DNA from: Leptogorgia sarmentosa
Taxonomy: Eukaryota
Assembly: GCA_964658305.1 (NCBI GenBank)
Contig: OZ210885.1
Span: 16,058,001 to 16,122,000 of the forward strand
Reading direction: 5' to 3'
Length of the DNA stretch: 64,000 nt
Below the pieces are notes generated by a model, which ran no database searches, was not told the DNA's origin, and saw nothing but the letters and a program-made list of their open reading frames with translations. Both the position numbers and the translations under genes were made by a program. This document shows positions 38,573 through 50,813 of this stretch, one piece after another (within the stretch, counting starts at the first letter, position 1; the number at the start of each line of letters is the position of its first letter).

Positions 38573-41500
38573 ATGCCTTCAACGCGTTGTGTTGTCCAAG
38601 ACTGCAGTAATATGTCTGATAAAAATGCGGGCATATCTTTGCATGAAAGTCCGAATGACGAATCTATAAGGAGAATTTGGGTGATATTTGTTCAAGTCAA
38701 GCACGCCAATTTTTATCCCAGTTCGCGGGAGAATCGCTTTATGATATGTTCGGAGCATTTTTCAACGGATTGTTTTGAGGGCTTATTCCATCTGAGTGGT
38801 GTGTCACGACGACTCAAGCCCGGGGCGGTACCTACCATTTGGAAGAAATCACCTGCGCAAATTACAACACGGGAACGGCGAAAGGTCAGTGAAAATATAA
38901 TTTTTTTATTTGCAACATTTTCATAATCTGATAGATCCAATTTCACACGCTATTCGTGTAATACTCTAATGCTGTCTCAAATAGGTTTTAAAAGACATTC
39001 TAGACACTAGAAAAATACTAAACACCGAAGGGGATGATTCCTCAACTAAAATTGTAAGTTCAGAATCGCAGTGGATGCAAAAAAATGTTACATCAAGCCT
39101 TTTTGTAGCATATATTATAAAAACAGCCTTATTATAACATTTTAACAATACTTGTTTTTTTCTCAGACTTTACCAACTTCAACAGAGGACACTGTTAATT
39201 TGACAGATTGTACAAATTTGGCTAGTGAACAGGTATACATATAATAAAGCATGCTACATATAAAATTGCTACATTTCATTTGTCAACTAGTTAGAAAAAA
39301 ATCTCTGCCCAAACACTTTTTTTTCAGCTTCTGCCAATTTCAACAGAGGACACCCTCAATTTTACAGACTGTACGGATTTAGCAGATAAACCGGTACCTA
39401 TCTACATACAGGAATACATATAGTATAGAACAAAGCATGCAAGCTCCGTATAATGATAATAGTAACAATATCGTTGTGATCATTCAACTTCTTGTGAGGG
39501 TTGTAAAAACAAGGATCGAGATCTGCAAGAATTACAAGGGAAGTTGACAAAACTCCATGCAAAACTGGCCATCAATCAGTCCCAGTGGATTCGGACGATA
39601 GAAGCAATGCCAACAGAGAAAATAACAAACAATTGTGAGTAAATTAAACTAATTTAGATCAACAACACACTCATATTGTGAAAATATACTAACGCATTTT
39701 AATTGCTTTTTTTAGACGAAGAGAAAGCAAAAAACGATTGGACGGATACAAAACTGCATACGAGTGTAGCAAATGAATGTTAGTATAGATGATTGTTATA
39801 TCATGCACTAAAGTACATGCATCAAGTTATTTTGTGTTGAATTAATTTACTTTATTTACTATGACTTAGACAAGGTCGTTGAAGAACTCATGGAGGACAT
39901 GGGCGCATATGCAAGTGCAAATGCAACTGATCCTGGTGAAACAGATGCTGATGATGATGTTGACCCCACATGGGAGCCAGAAGAACTTGACAGGGAATAT
40001 GAGAAAAATGCTGATGACAATGATAATTCAACTCAGAGGCAGTATGTATTTAATTAGAATGCACAGAAATTTGTGCTTTACACTGACCTCTGATAAATTT
40101 CCCATGCTTTCTTTCTTACAGAATTGATCATAGAGGAAAGAACAAAAGAGATGAGCCAAAGGGCATTGTTTTCCTGTCAAATTTACTGTTGCTTTTCCAA
40201 CACTGTCATAATTGCTTTTACCCAAACCCACAAGTGAAGACTAGTTGTTGTGGAACCATGATGATCATAGAAAGTTGGTGCAGTCATTGTAATAAAGGTT
40301 TTACCTGGAAAAGTCAACCTTATCTCCTTGGAAAGTTCCCAGCAGGAAATATTCTCCTTAGTTTTTCTGTTTTGTGTGCAGGAGCTTCCATCAGAAAGGT
40401 AAGGAAATGTGTGTGAATGTGCAATTCGCTTTGTTCACTGGGAACCACACTTTTTGACAATCTCTTCACAATTGTTGCAGGTACTTTGAGTGTTCAAGAC
40501 TATGGGTCTCCTTCGCTACAATGAGGTCACATATTTCCACCAAAGACATTTTCTCTTCCCCTCTATCATTCTGTATTGGCGTAGTTACCAAAAAAAGATT
40601 CTGGAATCCCTGGAAGGAAAAGAAGTTGTGTTAGCTGGTGATGGACGACATGACAGCATGGGACATTCAGCAAAGTATGGGACTTACACTATATTTTGCT
40701 GCACTGTTGGACTTATCATTCATCTGGTTGTCATACAGGTAAATTGCTAACACTCACTGAACATATAATTCAAGTCCAAGTGGCATCTATGAATTTAATC
40801 TCTTTAATAACAGGCAAACCAAGCAGGAAGTAGTTCAGCTATGGAAGCTCTTGGTCATGAAAGAGCCATATCATTTCTGCTCACAACCAGTATGATTATC
40901 ACGACATTTGTATCAGACCGACATGCAACAATAGCAAAGTGGATGAGAGAAACATGTCCTAAAATTGGGGAAACCAGTCATTAAACACTTTTATGACTTG
41001 TGGCACATTGGAAAAAGTAAATACTATATAACTCTAGATCCATATTCAGGATTTGAGTCTTTAATTAAGTTTAACATATTATATATAATTGTGCTTTAGA
41101 GATTCAGAAAATTCTTATCAAACTGGCCAAGGAAAAAAACTGTGAAGTCCTAGGAAAATGGAGGAAAGCATGTGTGCGGCATTTCTACTGGGCTGCTACA
41201 TCCACCTTATCTGGAATTGGCGAAGTTAAATGGGCAAAATTTGAATCTTTTTTCTACCATATAATCAATAAGCACAAAGGTTTCCCCAACAAGATCTACA
41301 ATAGATGTTGCCACAGTGATATTCTGAAGCCACGGGTTTGGTTAACAAAGGGTATTTTGAAATTTATACTGGCACATTTTTATTTATAAGAAAGTGAAAG
41401 ATATAATTAACTGAAAGTAATGTATATTACAATATTCATACATATAGGATCTGTTGCATATGAAAAGCTGAAGGATGCACTTACAAATAAAAGGCTGGTA

Positions 41501-42394
41501 AAAGCTATCAAACAAGCATCTTCTGTTGCTCAAACCAGCTGTTTGGAAGGGTACCATTCAGTTGTCAATCATTTTGCTCCAAAGATGACTCACTTCTCCT
41601 ACTCTGGTATGCTTTGCAGGTAAACTAAGACAAAGGAATAAAAAGCTGACTTTTAGTATATAATTTGTAACAGTGAATCAACACAAAGTATTAAATTAAT
41701 GTTGTGTATCAATTTGGACTTATAGATCAATCCTAGCAGCACTACATTTTAATTTCAATTTACGGCGGGCCAACAAAACTATACAAGATGGGCAAACACG
41801 CCTTTGTGTGTCATATACAAAATACAAGGAGGGAGAAGGAACTGTTCGAAACATACGAGTGAAGCAAGACTTTTGTAAGTTCTACTCTAATGTTTAGTAA
41901 TGTCAGGCAATTTGCCAGCCTATTTATTGAATTCAATATCATATCATGTAATTATTCCATTATTTTACAAATTTTAGCATATGTTGAAGCAATTTATGAT
42001 ATGATGTTGAAAACTTCTCGAAAAGATCTGGAAAAAATTGGAGAAGAACTAAAGGAAGAAACCCCAGAACCACTGCATATGATGCTAAGTGAGAAGCAGG
42101 CCAAGAATGATGCTATCAACATCTTCAACTCAAGAAAACGAAAGATCAACGTAGATGTCCCACCAACGTGTAATGGTAATAATTAATCTAGAATGTAACT
42201 AAAAACCTAACTATTCCTTGCAATAATTCAAGTCATTTCACTTTATAGAAGAAGAGCTGCAGGCTTTGTTGGGCAAAGCATCGGGTGAATGCCAGACGGC
42301 CAAAAAAAGAAAGCCGATGTGTAAGACGTGTGGTGTTCCAATGAAAGGCCACAAGAAAGCTAGCTGTCCAGCAAATACTAATAATGATAGTTAG
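38573..42394 (+). CDS. Kolobok transposase 2 (THAP + DDE), multi-exon, probably with small frameshifts
   Basis: [15 protein letters not shown]...ICSEHF...[52 protein letters not shown] and [13 protein letters not shown]. Confidence 0.82.
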
Positions 42395-42409
42395 ATAGTT
42401 GTAAATAGT

Positions 42410-43297
42410 GTAAATAGGATTTCACCTTTCTATATATCCTCATCCTCCTCAAATCCTGTGTAAGGGCGCTTGTCGGTGCTGGGAAATGTCGAACCTATTT
42501 TGTTGTAACTGCAACACGGCAAAGGAAGATGTCTGCTACTGCCCGTGAAGTCCCATACCAAATGCACAAGCTGTCGGTACGATACTGCTCTTAGGAACCT
42601 ATAAACAAACGTGCAAAGCAGCTTTCAGTATTCTAACTTACAACTCGCAGATTATGCTAATGTGGTCAATAGCCAAGATACATTAGGGACTTCATCTTAC
42701 TCATGTCTCGTCTTGTGGCCATCTCGAAAGACCAAAGAATAATTACGCTTTCCCTTGGTCTTCAAACCTAACGAAGCCAAGTCCAGCACATATTCATTTA
42801 AAATGCCTTCGTTGAAACCAGGATGATCAACGATACATTTTCTCTCCTCCTCTTCGTATTGATACATCTTTTCTCTACACATATCAATCTCCATACAACA
42901 ACGACATTCTTGAGGTTTGACGACAAAGTCCAGTGCACAATGGCCACATTCACACCTGATTGAGTAGTAATGTAAACAAGGCGAAACACGCAATATTAAT
43001 ATTTCGTTCTGGCCCGTAACAAAAACACACACAAAAAAAAACTTACCAAGAAGCAATATCAACACGACCATCGAAACGACTCTCTAGCATATCCTCAAGT
43101 TGCTGTTCTTCTGCTACGGCCTCCTCGTATTGCGCTATTTCCTCGGGCGAAGCAAGTGGCTCAACATTATCGTCAAACGGCAAAATTTCAGAGTCAGATT
43201 CGTCTGAATTTGCCGTTATATATACAGATGAATCAATAGAAGAATCTGTATCAGATGAAGACGCCGAAACCTCACTAGATTGCGATGAAACCGACAT
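42410..43297 (-). CDS. KolX cysteine-rich accessory protein (P2X7 C-terminal-like), 3 exons
   Basis: Exons ~43297-43046, ~42957-42701 (CECGHC...ECRCC...CIVDHPGF) and ~42598-42410 (FLRAVSYRQLVHLVW...LPLPCC...FP). Confidence 0.8.
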
Positions 43298-43932
43298 TTT
43301 TAAGCCAATACTGCACAGTATTTGTATACTATTTTAGCTTGCGCTTGTGTCTTGTGTTAAGACTATGACGTCACAAACCCCTTCGCGATCATACCAAACA
43401 AGATGGCGGATTTTAATGGCGGACAGTGATTTTCGACATTTCAAATGCTAATAACTCTGCGGTTGTTTGCTACATTCGTTTGTAATTTTACACAGGCGTT
43501 TGTTGTATAACAATAAAGCCATTAATTAAAAAAAATTAAGGTTTTTTGATGACCCATTTTCACCACAGTACCACTTTAAGCCTTGTATACATTTTTTTTA
43601 ACTTGAGCACATGGCCATGCAAGGTAATGCCCAATATGTGGAACATCTGATTCTCTTCCTCGTCAGTCATCATTCTTAACAAATCTAAATCATTATAACC
43701 GTGATGACTAAAGTTATCATCGTACACAGCTAAACCAACTGACGTTAACCATGATGCAAATTCATTAGTTTCTGAATTATTCATGTAGAAATCAACGAAG
43801 AATGGAAATAAAAAATGTCAAGACAAAATGGCCGGAAGCTTTATATTATGTTGATCAATCAGCCAATAGGATTGCACAATAGTCTTAGTTTAATGGGGTT
43901 GGCTAACATGAAGTTCTGCTAAAAGTTTCAAA

Positions 43933-46900
43933 ATGGCGGCTAGGCCTGGAAGGAAGCGAAAACATGAAAGTGAACTAAGACGAACAAATGACGCCCGACA
44001 AGAATTGGTTTTTAATTCAAAGTATTCAAACAGAGTTATTAAATCACAACAGACATGCACTGTAAGAGAGAATCGTTGAAAATTGGAAAAACTTTTAGAA
44101 CTTTCATCAGTTGGAAATGATACAAATGTTCGCGCTCAGAAAAGAAATCGTATTAAAGGATTATTGTCTGTTTGGGATATGTTAACAGCCGATGCAGTTG
44201 GGAAAGATGGCAAGGAACACATGAGCTGCTTTGTTGCGTTTGATGATGCATTAGAAATGTACTATGACTCTCAAGAAGAATTCATCAAGAGGCCACCATA
44301 TATAAATACAGACAAGGACCAATTTATGTATGCTCTTCTACATGAACAATGGGGACTGTGTGTGTACGTTTTAACTCATGAAGATAGAAAGAAACGATTC
44401 ATTGTTATGCAACCTGATGAAGTTGATATGGAACTATTTTTGGATGAGATTTGCCTGAAAAGTGAAGATCATTTTCCTTTCAGAGTGTATTTAGACAAAA
44501 CATTTGTGCAGTGTTTGCTTTCATCCATGGATTCAGAATGGGACAAAACTGTTGCACGAGTTCTTATTGGAGTTGATCGATCAGCAGAACAACTTGATAA
44601 TCTTGGCATTGATGGAAGAGAAATTTCAAGAAATGTGGAAAAGGTAATTATATAATGTTATACATTTTAGTGAGGGTCAGCTCTAGATGAAGACTATTAT
44701 TTAGGGAATATATTGTTTACAGTATTTTATGTTGACCTTGTAAAAAATATGGTAGAAAATATCTGCAATTTCATATCTTTTCCTTACTAGAACATTTTCA
44801 TCAATGTATATGGGTTTGACCCCCACTAGTATATCCAAAATATTAACAAATCCCACTTTAACCCCTAATGCGCTGAAATCATCTGTCAAAAATGGGAAGG
44901 TAATACAATTAATGTTAAAGTTTGCACCAGGGGCAGATCCAGGATTTTTCATGTTAGTAAAAAAATTAGAGCGTCAAAGGCACGAGGCACCTAGGGGAGT
45001 CTGTGGTCATCCCTCCCCCCATAGAAATTTTTGAACATCAGAAATGCCATTTGCAGTACTCTGAGGGCAGTTTCAACATAAAATTGACCTCACAAAACAA
45101 GATACAATTTCGGGAATTTTAGCCTCACCGACTCTCACAACTCGTTTCCTAGGGGATACGAAACGAGAAGTGCTTGCAGAAATATAAACATAATTATGAT
45201 CATTTTATTATGGGTTGCTATTGATAAAGTCCTTCAACCTTTGACCAGTAGTCTTCAGTGTCATATTTCTCAATGGGCATATCATCTACCCTAGCTATAC
45301 TGTATATCTACTTCGTTTTGTTGTAAGATTATAGCCTAGACAACTATTATAAACAGGGGAATGAACAAATCCTTATCAGTCATCTTTGATATTGAAAGCC
45401 CTTTCACTTTTGACCAATTTACTGGTCCATCACCGTAAATATATGCAAATATATATAAAGTTCATAGCCAAATCACAATCGAGGTGCATGTATTTATACA
45501 TATGTATGGCGCGCATCTTGTTTGTTGTATAGAGATATTGGTATTCTGCCTAAATAATGAAATTGACATATCATTTCGACTTACCTTATTGCAGTACATT
45601 ACTGGTTCTTTTGATCTCGCACATCACTCTTCAGAATATATATCTCGGCACGAATATTTTGACTCAAACTGTGGTCCGTGCTACTTTAATATGGCATCCA
45701 GGAACTGCTTGACCGTACTCTCCAATATGGAGTCGATTTTCTTCACAAGAACAGGCCAACAGCCTTTAAATACTGTACCACAAGGAGCCCCCTGACTTTT
45801 GCTTTAGATCCACCCTTAGTTTGCACTGGATAGTAATGAGTATAACTTGTTTTCTGAAGGTTATGAAAGGAATTGATGATATTTCAAGTGCCAATCATAC
45901 AGCAAAGGATCTTGTGAAAGCTCATTTGGAGGGGAAAAAAGAAAAGTTGGAAAAGGCCAGCCCATGTTATTGGGGATTTAGACTCTGGAATAAAAGTAAC
46001 AGAAGATAGAATTGGTGAGATTGAAAAGTTGTTGAATTGTGAAGATAGTGCAACAAAACAACGTTTAGATCAAATGAGGAAACGAAAAGCCACACAACTT
46101 GTTGAAAACCAGAGAATAAAGCGAAGAAAACTGGGTAACCAAGGGGCTCCAAGAAAATTGGATGAGGAAGATGAGGAATTCCTTGCAAAATGTGTGGAAG
46201 ACAAGGCCACCTATCATGGCAGAAGACATGACTTGGTAATGTATACCAACCGCCGTGTTAAATCTAGAGATCTGATTAACATTGCAAATAAACGATTAAA
46301 GGATGCTGGGAAAAGGTTAATAAAATCAGGTACCACTGTTTATAATCGCTGCAAACCAAAGAATACCCGATCAGTACAGGCATCACGGCATATTGGAAAA
46401 GGGCTCATGTGTTTCAAAAAACCACCTAAAGCTGAAGACAATGAAAATGAGAACACTCACTACCAGAGGGCTCATGTCAACAATGTGAAGATGAGTATGT
46501 TTTCTGAAAAAGCTGAAAATGCAAAGGAATATTCTCTGATTCACAGTATTGATGACAAAGCATATATTCGTCCAGGTACCAGTGAAGGGTTTTCGAGTGC
46601 TCGTAATCAGCACATCCTCACACTCTCAGAAGCTAGTAAAGCCAGAAAATTACCAAAATATGATTGGCCTGAGAAGATGATGTACCAAACACCAGGCTCT
46701 CATCGAATTATGACTAAACAAAGTGTAAAGGATGATGCTGGTAATGAAAAGCTAATTAATGATACTGATCAACATTTTGTGTTTGTGCGACCCAAAGCCC
46801 TTATTGAATCATCTGGATCAGTATGGGCAAGTGAGATGGTCTTGCTAAGACATACCAATCCTAACACATTTTCACGACCACACATTTTTATTTGAAGATA

Positions 46901-48647
46901 TGACTACTGATGCAGATCTTGAAAAACTTGCGCTGAACGATAATGATGAGACCTGTAAGTTTATTAATTATGAGCAACAACGATTGAATGTTTTGAGTTC
47001 AAGACTACAAAACACCATTTACAAGATAGCTGAGCTGCAAAGTGATTTTAGTGAGGCAGAACAAACTCTGTTAAATAGCAGAGTGAAACCTGTTCTTAAT
47101 GTGTTGTTAGAGAAGGCTAGCACAGAGCCAGATAATTACATCTACACCTTGAAGGAACATTGTGAACAAGTTAAGGAATGTTGCAAGAAGTTGCTGCAGG
47201 TGATTGCAGACCTTAAGGTTCCCCCTGTGAAGCCCAGAGTAGCATATCTTACTGATGCTGGTCCTGGTGTTGGAGTTTCCAACTTTCAAGTGAGATTTAG
47301 AGATGCAGAGATTGCCAGAATGTACAACTCGGATTACAGAGTAAGAGTGCATCGCTCAAGAGGAGACAGCGGACAAGGGGAAGCTGAACGAACTAATTCT
47401 GCTATCGCAGATTCAATTGTTGATGGTGCAACAATTCAGTGGGAAACAATCAAGAGATAAGAAGGAATGACCGCTGCACAAGTTTCGCAGATGTCTGTAA
47501 AGGACTTTGAGGAGTATGAGAAAGACAGAATGACCAAGAACGCGTGGACTGTTGCTGACGAATTAGTGAAACGAATTGATGGTGCCCCAGTCCTAGGCGA
47601 TTATATTGACTGCCGGCTATCTGACAAAGCTGAAAACATGCTCTTTTTCAACAAGGAATATCTTACCGAGTTCCAACATGCCTACCACACAAGAAAAAAA
47701 TCAACAGAACACCAGGGTCAGGTTACATGGAAAAAGTCTGAAAATTCCAGCAGCAACATTACAGAACTGGCGAGCTCTTCACAGACTATATCAAGTATGG
47801 CTGTTCTAATGACACTGGCGTGACATGTGATTTTTGTGCTAGGCATGAGTGGACTGGGCTTCCTGCACAGCGCATTCCACAACCACAACAAGATATTGAA
47901 AACCCTGGTCACTATTTGCATGTATTTGAAACACCACTCACTGATAGTGAAGGTGAGATAAGGGCAGTGGATGACTGCCAACCCAGGGTTGTCATTTCTT
48001 CTTTATACAAAGATGGAAAAATATCTCTTGATGACATAGATATCATAGAAGAAACTGCAGCCAAACTTGCCATTGATGAAGCCCTTGTAGTTTCTTGCAT
48101 TACTCATTTGAGAGATTTAGAAGCCAATCGAGACAGAAGAGAACAGGAAAAAATGAGAAATAAAGAAAAGATAGCAAATAGCACATTTGAAGACTATAAC
48201 TGGCTCGAACTTGTCTTGTCAGGAAGGATAAATAAACTTTTAGTCGTAGAACTTGACAAATACATTGAATACCACAAGCTAAACATGAAGTGCAGTAAAA
48301 AGGACAAAATTCGTGCAATAACCGTGAACGTCCTGAAGCAAGAATCAATGGAGAAACAAAAGGATGCTGTGAGACAAGTTTCAGGCCAAGTAGAAGATGA
48401 TGGCGACCTTTTGGACAATGCTGAGTTAGGTAGTAACAATAGTGATGATGAACATACATCCGAAAGTGAAGCAGAATACAGCAATAATGGTGATAATAAT
48501 GACGATGAAAGTGATGATAATGATGATCGTGATCTTGTGTTTAAAGACCTTGATGAAGAAAGCAGTAACTTTTCGCAATCTGGACTTATTGTCACCACAA
48601 GGTCAGGGCGAAATGCTGGTTCGTGGAAGCTTGCATTTACCGATTAG
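43933..48647 (+). pseudogene. Zator/TP36-like DDE transposase with a C-terminal SAP-like domain; one intron (~44644-45859), stops and frameshifts
   Basis: Candidate triad HSIDDKAYI / YLTDAGPG / DSGQGEAERTNS. SAP-like WLELVLSGRINKLLVVELDKYIEYHKL...KKDKI. Acidic tail. Confidence 0.7.
44928..45818. mobile_element. Non-autonomous hAT-type MITE in the Zator-like transposase intron
   Basis: 8-bp TSD GTTTGCAC (44920-44927, 45819-45826). Imperfect TIR CAGGGGCAGATC / GATCCACCCTTA. Confidence 0.75.
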
Positions 48648-50787
48648 AGATGCCAGAGGTATGAATTTATAACAGTATTAAAATTTCTATTTTTGGGTCG
48701 ACGTTGGTCACTTTAATATTTGTTTTTGGTATGACACTTTTAAGTGAATTTTGACCATTTTGAACTATATTAAAATTGGAACATTTAAGTTACTGTATGT
48801 TACCTATAATAAAATACTATGTAAGTGCAAATAATAGCTAATAAACGAACCCAGTTATTAAACATATACATGAAAAACGCAATGATGAAAACAAATAAAA
48901 TGGTCAATTTGAGTTAAGTTTACAAAGGCAGCTTCAAACTCTTGGATTTCTATTAGAGGTTGGGTAAAAAAGAATTGAACAACCAGAGCAGTTGGGTAAT
49001 TTTTTTATGTATACTTTTTTTAATTTCTCTTCGGTGCCCCCCCGAGGTATAAATAATGAACGGTCCCTTAGCAAGGATCTTATAGTCTGCGCACAGCAGC
49101 GAAATAGGACGCCAATTCTTGGTATCCAATTTATCATTCTTCTTATACAGCAGGGTATAAGGCCGGTACCCTGTGAAAAAGACAAGGAACCACGAGAAAT
49201 ACACGCATTGTACATGTCTACCAAGTCACTGCCAAGCATGTCCCAAAAATGTAAATAGAACTCGTACGGAAGCCCATCAATACCAGGAGACTTATGCTGG
49301 CCAAAGCTCTCAAGGACAACCAAACACTCCTCGACCGATACATCTCCCTCACACAGAGAACCCTCGCGATCCGACAATTTAAGATCCAAGGAGTCCAGGA
49401 AGAAGTCCTGGTCAGGGGGGAGACAGTACTGCAGTGGTAAACAACACTATATAGAAAATACACCAAACACGGATGATGGCGGAGATGGACCGTACCACCA
49501 CGCCTTGAGTGTTTTCTCAAGCTGAAAGAAGTATGCCGAAGACGTCTCACCTTCTTCTGCCTATCGCTCCTTTGCCCGCAGCCGAGCACCATGAGCCCAA
49601 TGGGAATGCTCCGATTGAAGAGAAGCTTTAACATCTGCAATGAGATGGGACACATCCTTACCATTATTCTCACGACAATTGAGATGGAACAAAGTACACT
49701 CTAGAGATTGAATACAAGACCGACGAGACGAAGCCCTTTCCCGAGAATAACGACGCATTAACCGTTTGAAACGCGTCTTACCAGCATCCCACCACATGGC
49801 AAGTCCGGAAAAGAATCCTTTTCTGCCGTAGCAACAAACTCCTCGTCAGACAAAAGGGACGAATTCAATTTCCATACACCCGGCCCCCTATTGGGTAGGC
49901 TAGGGAGATTGACCTTCAAAAACACATAGGAATGATCGGATCTAAAAAAGGGATAAATGTCCACATCACTCACTCCTGCAACAAGATCAGATGAAATCCA
50001 AAATATGTCGAGGTGAGATGCTTGAGAGCCGTTTGCATGATGCCAAGTATATTCCCGCACCTCTGGATGCAAAAGATACTCCCGGAAGAACAAAAGATAC
50101 TGTGGAAGCTTCCTCTCTGGTCAATGTATGGGCCTCAGACTGGACAATCCCTGGCACGGCCTTGGAAGGACACTTATCAGTGAAGTGACCGACCTGACCA
50201 CAAGAAAAACAGGGACGCTTTTGTCCCTTATAGTGAACCACACAATTCTGGCCCGCAATCCTTATGCGCATTGGAATATCCACCCGAATATCCATTAGTA
50301 CATGGCGCACCCCAGTATAAATATTTGCGTATTGTTCTAACTTGAATACGCGAATGTCGCCATATGGAGCTACAGCTCGGCGAATATCATCCTCCGGCAC
50401 TCCGTAGGATAGCCGGGAGAGATTAAGCCACTTATATGTGGTAATAGGCTGATATTGAACAGGATGCCCTCGAACGAGACAACCTGCAGCTTCAAACACT
50501 TCAAGCTTGCGGGAACTCTTACAATGTAGACCACCGCCTTAGCCTTACCCCCTAGAGGGCCACGAAGCATAACCCCAATACCAAGGTCAAGGAGTGATGA
50601 ACAGACACCAAAAAACAGCAACAGCAAACAGAACGTACTTCAATCAACACTGCACAGGACTGAGGACTTCACTACACGTGACGAAATGAAACAGCACCAA
50701 TACACCAAAAAAACCACGAATCTTCTTCACCAACGAAAACTCACGAACTGCTTCAACTTCTGAGAGGTCCAATCCAAATAAGAAATA

Positions 50788-50813
50788 TCTTAGTCAATAG
50801 GCCGAGAAGTGAT
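50788..50813 (-). pseudogene. U2: U2 snRNA 5' end (nt 1-26)
   Basis: ATCACTTCTCGGCCTATTGACTAAGA, with 3 differences from the canonical ATCGCTTCTCGGCCTTTTGGCTAAGA. Confidence 0.85.

Larger units (their letters stand above)
38288..43575 (+). mobile_element. Kolobok DNA transposon 2
   Basis: TTAA duplication (38284-38287, 43576-43579), perfect TIR AGTGGTACTGTGGTGAAA, and convergent transposase and KolX. Confidence 0.92.
37205..43784 (-). pseudogene. SAM-domain + coiled-coil protein gene inside the Zator-like element, split by Kolobok 2
   Basis: FASWLTSVGLAVYDDNF..HGYNDLDLL...LGITLHGHVLKL is SAM-like. The frame continues past TTAA at 38284 (RSAAAGPSTRQ...) to a GTAAGT donor at ~38203. The next exon, ~37823-37205, has one stop. 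Confidence 0.65.
27010..49067 (+). mobile_element. Zator-like DNA transposon, 22 kb including nested elements
   Basis: 20-bp TIR GGGACCGTTCATTATTTATA at both ends and TTA duplication (27007-27009, 49068-49070). Removing it restores the Tx1 reading frame. Transposase has Zator/TP36-like motifs. Confidence 0.8.
23512..50787 (-). mobile_element. Tx1-clade retrotransposon copy D (divergent subfamily) inserted in U2, split by Tc1 and Zator-like insertions
   Basis: TAAGA duplication at 50792-50788 and 23511-23507. ORF1 remnant ~50090-50510; ORF2 pieces 49068-50085, 26614-27009 and 24205-24943. DYKILAK|VLTNRLKSV rejoins across the Zator-like element. Confidence 0.85.

Noticed and set aside
38573..38926. 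Host THAP-domain gene (also 35849-36187) or host P2X7 gene
   Set aside because: Both lie inside TTAA-flanked TIRs as parts of Kolobok elements.
27010..49067. PIF/Harbinger assignment
   Set aside because: The ends (GGG, TTA) would fit, but the protein motifs match Zator/TP36 and no Harbinger DDE or Myb-like gene is seen.
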